A stretch of DNA of 58,537 nucleotides, counting the filler, from Porpidia crustulata (lineage: Eukaryota), in NCBI GenBank assembly GCA_964255105.1. It is 5 parts of 5 records of this genome, joined end to end, with 100 filler letters (N's around TTAATTAATTAA, not from the genome) between each part and the next. Parts side by side here need not be neighbours in the genome. Positions count along the whole stretch, not along the records: positions 46,914 to 58,537 come from CAXUWE010000628.1; 4 more parts are not named here. One strand, given 5' to 3'. The translations under genes and the position numbers were made by a program. The notes under the pieces are model-generated. The model made no database searches. It had not been told where the DNA came from and worked only from the letters and a program-made list of their open reading frames with translations. Position 1 is the first letter of the stretch. Every line of letters starts with the position of its first letter. Positions 48,933 to 58,537 of the stretch are shown piece by piece.

Positions 48933-49934
48933 TAGAATAGGATTTGGAATGTATCCGTCACTACTACTGCAAGAGTGGAATGTAATTGCAGTCGAACCCA
49001 CGTTTCTGGATATTTAGATACACTGGGTTGTTGGGGCAACAGACTCGGTTGCTCGTCACTCTAATCATTCATGCCACTAGAGTAGCTTAACACCTTGAGT
49101 AGAAGACAAATCATATGAAATAATACAGTGGAAATCCTTCTATATCTCTCAGCAATTCAGATAGTGTCCTACCCATTTACACATACCCTTCCTCGCCTCG
49201 AGTAGTGCCGTTCACATTGAACAAAAATCTAAACGCTGAAGCGCAAGAAAACCCAGGCGCTATGCGCGTTCTATCGGACTCATGTACGATTTGAACCTTT
49301 CTGCTACTTCACCCACACGCTCTCTCTCCATAAATCCACCAACTTGCAGTAGTCCGTTATTCTTCCACGAGGTACGTTCGAATCCTCATTACCCCCGTCT
49401 CAACGCGTTGTGCGTCTCTAGGTATCGTGAGGGAGAAAATCAAGCCGGTTGGCGGAGAGTGGTAATGGATCTTGATGGAGAAGAGAAAATTATATGGAGG
49501 TTCATGGACGGAGGGCTATTTGTGGATACAGAGAATCTTTTTCATTGAGAGGAAAAGCGAAAACTCCAGATATCGTGACCAAAAGGAGAGATAGACGGAA
49601 AGATAACCCGGCGAGGAACGGGGGAAGCTGTACTCGTAGAGGAGCAGGGTTTGACGTATTGCAACGAAGCTGTGACCCACCGATCAAATGCTGGGATTTG
49701 GAACCTAGTCTGCAGTCTCAAGCCTGACAATATGGTCAAACAAATCTTTGAATGGATATCGTTCCATCGGCGCTACCGAGCAGCCGGCCATACCTAGAGA
49801 CCTCTCACAGGTTAATATAAACCCTTGTTGTTTCCCTCAGAGCTTTGATACAATATCAGAATGGAAAGATCATAGGGCAAAACGCTATTTAAATGAAGCT
49901 CCCCCTTTATCGCCCCCGTCAATCTATTTCTCCA

Positions 49935-51052
49935 TCAAACCGCGCTGTAGCCCCCTCTTGAACCTCCGCCTTGCACGGTACTTACGACTCGGCGCATCCA
50001 GTCTCGTAACAGGTATGGCAAATCGCGGATGGTTTCCGAATGTGGGAGAAGATCCCAACCGCGGGCGGAGTAGCGGTTATAATTTAGCCAGGAGCCGAAT
50101 ATCAGGTAGGCGGCTGTTCCGAGGAAGACGCTATTCGGAGGGGATGGAGAGATTAGCGGATACGGGCGGAGTCGTCGTACTCGGGGAAAGGGATTCCTTA
50201 CATGATGATAAGCCAAGTGAAAAATCCCCAATGCCCTAAACTAGACTTGTCCTGATCTTCGCCTGTGAAGTCCTCGCAGGCGTATTTCGTTACCCAATCA
50301 AGCCTCAGCACCTCCACTTTTTCCTCCATAGCGTAGCTGACGAACTTCAATCGGCCGCCTTCGCCGTCGTCTACCTCCTCACCGATTGGTTCATCATTAT
50401 CTGGACCTTCGTCGTCATTATTGCCTTCGCCAATTTCATCATCTTCGTCCCTCCGTAACTGGGATTTTCCCTTATCTTTAGCAGGGCACAGAAATGTCAC
50501 AATGGCTCGCTTTGGCTTTTTCCTACTCCCCCCCTCCATCGATAACCGAAGCCCCTCCTTCTCTCTATCCTCTAAAACATCTGAAGTTTTAAGACGTGTC
50601 CAGTGAGGATCCAGGCTCCCACCGTAGGTGCCCGAGTAGTCACCCGCTATTGGTATGGCCTTTTCCATTTCCACTTCATTTTTTGGATTGATCAGTCGCT
50701 TGATTCCACAGACTATTTATAGGAAGTAAATTTAGTGATTCCGGACACACAGGTTTGAGTTGCGGAACAAGCTTCCATTACCTCTAGTACCATTTGGACA
50801 GTCTTCGCTTGCCCCTTTTTGCTTCCTTAATTGCTGACAGAATCTGATTGTATATGTGGTATTGAAAAGGTCGGAAGATGTGTCGGAGAGCGGGCGACTG
50901 GTCATGACAGAATGGGGGGGATCGAGTTTTGCAAGGTTGAACATTTTGTCGTCGACTTTGAGTTGATCACAAATAATGAGAGAATATGTAAGGCTTGGAA
51001 TGAGTAGGAGGATTGAGGGAAGCGATGAGAGTGAGTGTCTTGGTAACCGCAT
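49935..51052 (-). CDS. ATG27: Autophagy-related protein 27 (type I membrane protein with a mannose-6-phosphate-receptor-like luminal domain)
   Basis: Signal peptide MRLPRHSLSSLPSILLLIPSLTYS, CPNGTR, LRLDWVTKYACE, TM HWGFFTWLII/VFLGTAAYLIFGSWLNYNRYSARGWDLLPH, and the C-terminal GYSAV sorting motif. Confidence 0.9.
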
Positions 51053-51659
51053 GGTGGAAGAATTCGAGTACCGGTGTTGGGAGAGGGAAAGGCCAGAGCG
51101 ATAGTGTATATGGGTACAGATATTTAGTACTCCCCGAGAGATTGACAGACAGGTGATGGGTTCGGGTACCGCCTGACAAGTTTTTGGTTGACAGGTCATC
51201 CTGAAGTCAACGCCCGTTAGGTAGGTGACTTTTGCATCATGGCTTACTAAGCAAGTCGGAGGCAATATAGAGTATCCTACCAGGGGTTTGTTAATTGTCA
51301 TTGCAATACTTAATAAGGGGCCACTGGCTCAAATGCCGCAATGACTGGTGATCGTAATTCTCTGATGCATAGGGGTCATAAAAATTATCACAGCACTTTG
51401 ACAGGGACTTACCCCCTGGTGTTGTGCGCAAATACTCCGCGCGTTCGTATATGTAACATAGTGTGGGTACGACATATTCATCTTCAATTTCAGGGACTAG
51501 AAGTAAAATGACAAACTCAATCCCATTTTCGGGAGAAGAAGCTCTTGCAACCCGTTTTGAGATGGTACGTCGTATTCGAATGTTATTTGCTAAGGGAAAC
51601 ACAATCGAAGCCTCATCGCCTGTGAAGCCGCTAAAGAGCGCTTGCATCTATACGTTCCC

Positions 51660-53418
51660 CTAGACCTTTAAAGCGAATTGTTTGAGATACTCGTAATCCT
51701 TGATGTTCGCTTCCACCGTGTCCCTAATGACCTTGGCCCCTTCCTCGCCGTATTTCTCACGCCATTCCTTATTTTCTTCCTCGGCACTCTTCACCTTTTT
51801 CTTTTTACAACGAAATTAATCAGCTCTCTCTTTCATGAGACGTTATCTAAATTACAGAGGATAGAGGTGGGTAGCCAGCGAGGCGGAACGACTTACATGT
51901 AACCTTGGTCGAAGTTCAACGCTATCCATGGCGTCTTCGTGGAATCCTTTCCATTTCTCAAAGGCCTCCTTGGCCCGCTTATGGTCCTCCTCGGTGTTCC
52001 AGCACAACATCCCGGGATCATATTCGAAGCCTACGCTGTCACAGAATGCCTTGATTATTCCACTTGGGTTATCCAGAAGATCGTCCGCATCAACCACGCA
52101 GATATCAACATTTCCCGGATGCTCATCGGCTGCACTGTTTCCATTCAATTGAGGACCATCCTGCTCTTGTCCTGCGATGCCCGGCCCGATTTGACCAACC
52201 GAGCGTAGGTAGTCGAAGAAGCGGCGGAGTTCGTGGTAGCCTGCTTCAGAAGGCATATAGTTGTAGAACCCAGTCATCGAGTCCAATGGCGGGATTGTAC
52301 AGCGGAAGAATGATGGGATACTGGATCGTGGATGGCGAATCAGGAACGAAAATTGAAACTTTTCCAATATCGCTTTCGGGATCACCATTGGATTTCCTGG
52401 CTCCGCATCTGTATGGTACGGGTATGGAGGCCGGTTGCTGCCATTCACGTAGCCGTTCACGTTACCATTTGGATAAATCTCCGGGACTGAGTCAGCTGAA
52501 GGAGGATTGATAGTAGTAGTGCCGTTCGAGACACTCTTGGTAGGCGGCCGGGTAGTTCCGACACCACGTTCGATCCTCGCAAGAGAAGGGGCAATAGTTG
52601 CAGGTTTGCCATCTGGAGGAAACAAGTAATAGGTAATATCCTTGATGAAGAGGCGCTTGCCCTGGGATAGGGTAAGTAGGCCGTATATCAAGCGAAGTAG
52701 TGTCTTGGATAGCGTATCATCGCGCAACAGTTTGTCAAAGAAACGAAAGTGTGAGACAGCTCTACACCAAGCTTCGAATACATCGCCAAAGCCAAGCTGA
52801 TTGACAAAACCTTTCGTGCACTGTAACAAGTTTCGGCAGGCGTTTGTGCCTCACTTATACCCTGATAATTTCGCAGATCATTGAACATAAGAAATAAGGG
52901 AGAAAAGGAAGTAATCACGGAAAAGCTGCAGAATATATTGGCCAGCAGACATCGTCAAAGCATGATGATCTAACGCTATTGACGACGATGAATGATTGCA
53001 AGTATTGCAGAGTTCCGCAAGCACTGCACAAACACAGGGAATGTGCTAGGAAATAACAAAAGAATCTATCGAGAGTCCTCGGTATGTGAAAGGATAAGTC
53101 GGGGAAGGGATGGTTCGGACCTCAGCACCCTCCCTCTCCAGCCTATCGAGGATTGTTTGGTAGGTTGATTCACTGAAGCCAATGTCCACTCGCTGCTTCT
53201 CATCATCCTCATACCTGGAGCTCAGCCTCTCCGGGCCATAGTAGAAAGCGTCGCCAAACGGTTCGTGGACGCATTGAAGTGAGTCCCGTCGAGTCATGAA
53301 GATCTAACAATATGTTTAGTATGAGGATCCTCGGTTACGTTACACAGGTACTCACTCGTTCAAAAGCTGTTGAGCATGCTCGCGGGTGGGTCGCAACAAA
53401 GATGGGTTTATTAGACAT
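51660..53418 (-). CDS. P-loop/sulfotransferase-like family protein (fungal 'BCAT-like protein' N-domain family)
   Basis: MSNKPIFVATHPRACSTAFER|IFMTRRDSLQCVHEPFGDAFYYGPE...|GKRLFIKDI...FLIRHPRSSIPS...VVDADDLLDNP...FEKWKGFHEDA...DYEYLKQFALKV*. Intron 2 spans 52662-53120. Confidence 0.88.
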
Positions 53419-54631
53419 CTTTAGAGTCAGCTACGAATATTGATGTGCAACGTACACCAATCGTGCTTTATTATCAACAGTAAATGGAATGGTCACCAAA
53501 CAGACGTCAGGTCGAATAATGTTTAGTCGGTTTTGAGAAACCAGAACTGTGTTTAACAGCTGACCTTAAGACCTTGAGTATAGGTACAAGACATTCGTCA
53601 GGATAGCCGAGTATTATAGCTATATAGACTTAAGACTCTGGGGCAGGGGGAATTGCGGAAGCGTGAGGGCCTGGATCATCAGAGCGAATACTTGGAAGCC
53701 TTGGACGATACGAGTGCCATCCTTCCCGGGCTACCCCAGGCCTCGAACTGAGATCCATCGACCACGCCTTCGTCTAATGGTGCCGGAACATTGCCCAGGG
53801 TGACGTGATGATGGGCATTGAGGAACCAATGACCCCCGGAATTATGCGAATGGCAAACATGTTCGCGGTTGAGAACGACGATGATCTTCCGCGCTTACCC
53901 CACTAACCAAAGCAACGCCCCACCCGCTAAAGTAAACCATTGAGAGAAACGATGATGGACGATGGATGATGAATGTCACAGTTTGTGCTTGAGTGCGTTT
54001 GCCCTGGATGGAAGTGCCCTGATTTGCAGGCACTATCTTATCTCGGTCAATTACCCCACGCTCTCAGAAGGTGAGCTACCCTTGTATGCACTCGGATGGA
54101 GAGTAACGGACCATTCAGACCGTCAATGTATTGCGCCATAAGCTGCTAACCCTAAGCACGGCTGGGCGTTTGTTGAAGGATTGATGACAGGCCAGTCGAG
54201 CGATCAATGTTTGCCTCTCGAGGCGCACGGACACTCTGCTCATCATCTTCAGTTGACCAGCGCGCATGAGCCCTGAGGACTACCAAGCTAGATAATTGAC
54301 GTATTTTCCAGAAGGGAGGGTAAGAAAAAGGGACGTATGCATGGCATGGAGATGCACGGTATGCACAAAAGCAGACAGATCCAGGTCCCCGGACAGCAGA
54401 AATGTATTGTATCATGATATTGTCTTATTCACCCAACCAATCGACCAGTAGGTAAAAGTCCAATGCAGCAAGATTGTTCGCTTTTTCCACTGGAGTTACT
54501 GGTATGTGGTGTAAGCTGCACTATTTGCTGAGATTCGAAGTAGGTGATCTGAAGTAAAGATAAGAAGATGTTGAGCTTCTGACATTATACTACAAAATCA
54601 TGGGACATTATATGATATTCTCACTTGCAGC

Positions 54632-55799
54632 TTATAAAGGGCCAGCCTTTCCAGCCTTGGCCTTTTGAATCTCACCCTCGTCGATGATTACCATTCCTTT
54701 ACCTGCCATCTTCCCGCTGTGTGCTAAATCCACCAGCTTCGGAATTTCTTGTAGCCCAAAGAACAGGTTGTTTGTGACCGTAATATCGTGCTCAGCAACA
54801 AGATCTAGCATATGCTGGGCTTCGGAGCGGGAGGAGATAAGAGATCCTTTTACGCGGATACGGAAGATGAGCTCTGGGTAAGGAATAGAAACGAGGTCGG
54901 GCTGAGCGATCTGTATCATCGTGCCATGCATTTTTGTGACGGCGCAGGCTAGACCAGCAGCTTCGGCGTTTTCGCTAACGTTGATGGTGGCGTCCGCACC
55001 AATTCCGTTGGTGATATTCTGAACTTCTTCAACAACTTTTTCTTTCCCTTGTCTGGCACGACAGTGATGGCTGCACCAGAAGCTTATGCAAGCTCCAACC
55101 ATTCATCTCGGGCATCGATTCCGACAACCTGTAGTCCGAGTGCCCTAGCAAACTGGCATCCCAGATGGCCGAGCCCTCCTCCGGCTCCTATCAGGGCAAT
55201 CGTCTCTCCGGCTTTCAATTCCGCCTGCAGAATACCCCTCCATATCGTTACACCCGCACATGCAAGCGTAGCCGCAGTTTCGAATGACACCTTGTCAGGT
55301 ACTTTACTTGACTCTCTCGCATCTGCTATCATACCTTCTGCGAAGGCCCCGTCCAACATAATTCCTCCATATCCTTCCAAATTTCGACAGTAATGCTTGT
55401 AGCTGTCTGGACCTAAGCAATCAGGACAATGACCGCACCGATTTCGCGGCAAGCCTGCCATGACTCGATCGCCTATCTTGAAGTCCAAGACTGCAGAGCC
55501 GATAGCGACTATGGTTCCAGTCCCTTCGTGGGAAGCGATACAAGGGAGTTGAGTATGGAATCCACCGGCCGCCACCATGCTGTCTGTATGACATAATGAA
55601 GCTACAGCAGTTTTCAGGAGAATGTCATTTTCTTTGAGTTTGGAGGGAGTAGGGACTTGATGGATTCTGTAAGGTTTATTGAACTGTGATCGGGGGTTAC
55701 ATCAGTAAATTTTTTTTGGATTGATTGCTTTGAAACGGATTGATATACCTCTACCACCTGTGCCACAAGCATGGTCTTAGGCACTCCATCGAAGCCCAT
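54632..55799 (-). pseudogene. Zinc-binding medium-chain alcohol dehydrogenase, disrupted
   Basis: SLCHTD, SHEGTG, structural-Zn CGHCPDC...C and GAGGGLGHLG are intact. There is an in-frame TAA at 55084-55086 and an apparent 1-bp deletion near 55058 before the frame resumes at ARQGKEKVVEEV. Confidence 0.75.
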
Positions 55800-56618
55800 A
55801 TTCTTATGGTCCTCCTCCCTCTATGATTCAGAGAACTAAGACGTTGAATAGTCTTGACTTTTAGGTAGAAATATGGATAGATAGAAACACGACAACCTCA
55901 TTGTAGCACTGGTTATATATATAGCACTACGTTACCTGATGTTGATTTATTATCTTCCATACCTTGGGTAATCCCTAACTCCGGAATGGCGGGGTATCCA
56001 TAGCGTAACGGACATCATGGAATTTATGCCAGGTGTTGATCGGCTGGCAGCGTACCAGTAGAGTATCAAATAAACTCACCATCGTCAAATTGATGGACGG
56101 CACGAGCATGAACAACGTTGCTGTACTTGCACCAGTCGTATCTTATCGACAGCAAGAAGCTACCAGGGGTTTGCGGACAGACGTGCGCTAAACTCAGCTC
56201 TGTAGAATTTGGCCAACATTTCTTTGATGGGTCGTTTTCCAAGCAATCCTGACGATTATTCTTTCAAACGTCATTCATCAAAATCGACGAGCTGAAACAC
56301 CATGAGAAGATCAAATTATCGGATCGACCTTTTCCGACAAGGTGTTTTTTATAAAGTTTGGATCTATGGAAAAGGAGATTAAATGTGTTTTGGCACAATA
56401 TATAATTATCACAGTTGAAGAAATATCAATTGCGAGATCGGTGCAAGTCATTATCTCATTAAACGAATTATATTTGTAACTAGATTGACATTTGAATTTC
56501 CAGCGCGAAATTTATAATCATTGCGTCACTAATAATGTAGGCTAAATGACCGTCACGTTGCCCACCGTAATCATCCCATATTCAATCACATCAAATCCGA
56601 CCATTGTCGTACAATTCT

Positions 56619-56968
56619 CTATTTTCCCATTTCCTTGAGACGTTCTGCGGCAGAATCTTTAGCCTCCTGGGACACGTTGGGGTTCTTGGTAGTCCTGCCA
56701 AGAAATTAGCAGATGAAGGATCGAATGTACACCAATACTAACGCCTTGAGGCCACCAGCAACATTGTTTGGGTTCTTGTCCTCAGATCCAGTACCGACAT
56801 CGCCTCCATTGAACTCGGTATCAAGAACCTCCTTCGAGTGCTGCTTAGACTCCTCAGAAGTGTCTATCCATTCATTAGCAACCCACAAAGCCAATTATGA
56901 GATTAAAACGTACTGGGGTTGTTCAGGTTGGCCTTGTGACCGCCGACAATGTTTCCTGGGTTAGACAT
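56619..56968 (-). CDS. con-6: Conidiation protein CON-6 family (small hydrophilin/LEA-like), 3 exons
   Basis: Spliced MSNPGNIVGGHKANLNNP|NTSEESKQHSKEVLD...KNPNNVAGGLKA|TTKNPNVSQEAKDSAAERLKEMGK* contains two CON-6 repeats. The ORF track captures only the middle exon. Confidence 0.9.
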
Positions 56969-57737
56969 GTTGTTGGAAGGAGGAAGATTTCAAAGGATTA
57001 GAAGGATACTCTGGGATATTTTTGAAGTTTGGTTGAAAGTATTTGAGGTGGATAATGAAGATGAGGTAGGAAGGGGATCACTTATGCTTTATACATTCTC
57101 GAGGCTTCACGATGTGCAAGCCTAGTATGAGGTAATGCGGATTCTCCTTGCTAATTGCTCCCAACACCATGATATCACAGCTGTGTTGCCTGGGAAGGAT
57201 GAGCATCACTGACCGCTGCTTCCAAAATGACGGCCAAGTCCCTCGATGTTCCACAAAACATCAGGCAGCAGACGAGGTTTACATGGGTAAAGCTCGACTG
57301 GTGCCAATAAGAAAAGCCCCTAAGTGTGCAGACGGATGCTGATACCAGCGTCACAGCAACGGAACAGGGCAACATGCGGCGCCCGCCTGTGTGAATAGAA
57401 TATACCACGCATCATCAACAGCTTAAAAGCCCCAAGCCTAGACATGGGACTCTAAGCTGCCGTCTGCATTAGCAAAATCCCCTGTATCAGACATGTAAGA
57501 CCCATGATCACTGACCGGAAACAGACATCGGAAAGTTTAGCCCATCAATAGATGATGCTCGTTTCCTCCTGGGGATAGGAAGTCAAGCTCCTAGCCCGCT
57601 CGCCAATCGATATTCCCCGCGACGCCAACACTTAGCAGAGTCTTATGAAGGATTTTGATTCGATGAATGAGAGGATGATGCCTTGGTTCAATTGATGCGT
57701 GGGGACGATCCAAGCATTGGCTGAAGTCATGACATAC

Positions 57738-57773
57738 TCGCGTGAAAGCTAAAAAACGCGCCTGACGCGAAAA
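57738..57773. promoter_or_regulatory. MCB/SCB-like box cluster
   Basis: TCGCGTGA followed by AACGCGCCTGACGCGAAAA, which includes a 15-mer identical to one in the RFC2 promoter. Confidence 0.45.
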
Positions 57774-58537
57774 CCCGTGATGTGACGCCTATCCCATAGG
57801 CCTCACAGACTCCACTCTAGGCTTCCAGCATCATTTCTACCTGTCCACAAATACATGAAGCAATTATTTTCTCCTTCGATCATCAACATGGGTACTAATA
57901 AGCATGAATGAACAAAGACTGAGTGGCGGACAAGTCTGGAACACCTTTGCTCGGCCGATAGCTTCACGACGCTGATTATTGTCTCGGCCCATGTGCTCAT
58001 GGGAACCCTCACTATTGTCGTGTATCCAAATGCATGGGTAATCTGCGGGGCATCCGGTGGCAGACCTGAACACTTGAGTCATCCAAGCTCCCTAGGTATC
58101 CATGGTTCTATATGCATGCGCTCTGCAGGCGCCTGCCTGCCGTGAGCTTCATCCAGAATCGCGCTGTCTCTAAGAAGCCAATAATCTTGAAGAACCAATT
58201 AACCATGCCTGAGAGAAGCCTTCAAATGTGAAGCTCTCATCGACCGTCGTCTCCCGCAGTTGAATAACCCTACCCATCTTCCATCTTTCCACAACGTCAT
58301 GTACGCTGGCCCCAAGAACTGGCCCACACACGAATCAAAGGCCCCTCTCCGTTCCCCTCGCCCTCCTCTTAGGTATACTGAAGCCTACTTCCTACCGCCT
58401 TCTCAAGCGTTACCGCCATCACTCCGTTGTCCCCGTCGCTCCGCATGAACCATATCAATCTTCTGCTTCCCCTTCCTCATTAACGGATTCACCTTAGCTG
58501 AAATATTGAGGATGGAAGTGCATCACCACTGCGGCCC

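Noticed and set aside
49366..49397. tRNA gene around GTTCGAATCC
   Set aside because: The T-stem does not pair in register, and there is no matching acceptor 5' strand, D-arm or anticodon arm upstream.
52850..52890. TPP riboswitch in the long intron (TGATCTG...ATCAG resemblance)
   Set aside because: The conserved CTGAGA element and the P2/P3 arrangement are missing, and the host is not a thiamine gene.
54146..54155. CTAACCCTAA as a telomerase RNA template
   Set aside because: It matches the Pezizomycotina template, but under 500 nt separate it from the next gene, while these RNAs are typically 1.5-2 kb or more. I could not recognise a pseudoknot or CR4/5 domain. A covariance-model search would settle it.

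Overview
This is filamentous ascomycete (Pezizomycotina-type) nuclear DNA, judged from short GT-AG introns of about 50-100 nt and fungal housekeeping genes. It is not one continuous locus. Four identical 100-nt linkers (44 N + TTAATTAATTAA + 44 N) join five contigs of 11634, 11628, 11626, 11625 and 11624 bp. The lengths fall steadily, so this is a size-sorted concatenation and adjacency across linkers has no meaning. Contig 1: 3'-truncated RFC2, then a compact tailoring-enzyme cassette (SAT4/PTH11-like membrane protein, secreted covalent-FAD oxidase, CYP7/8-like P450, pisatin-demethylase-like P450) with no core synthase in view. Contig 2: a secreted repeat protein, an apolipoprotein-like protein, FAP1/NF-X1 and an orphan ORF. 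Contig 3: SCPx-type thiolase, aldo-keto reductase, GUT2, an FAD monooxygenase and a nest of solo-LTR-like elements with tandem hairpins. Contig 4: HIS1, GPD1 (with an ATG-less in-frame N-terminal extension), a Mutator-derived zinc-finger gene lacking the transposase core, and GDB1. Contig 5: a conserved hypothetical membrane protein, ATG27, a P-loop/sulfotransferase-like gene with a 459-nt intron, a disrupted alcohol dehydrogenase and con-6. The best leads are the candidate domesticated MULE gene, the synthase-less oxidase cassette, the GPD1 extension and the long structured intron. All family calls come from motif recognition by eye; no database searches were run.
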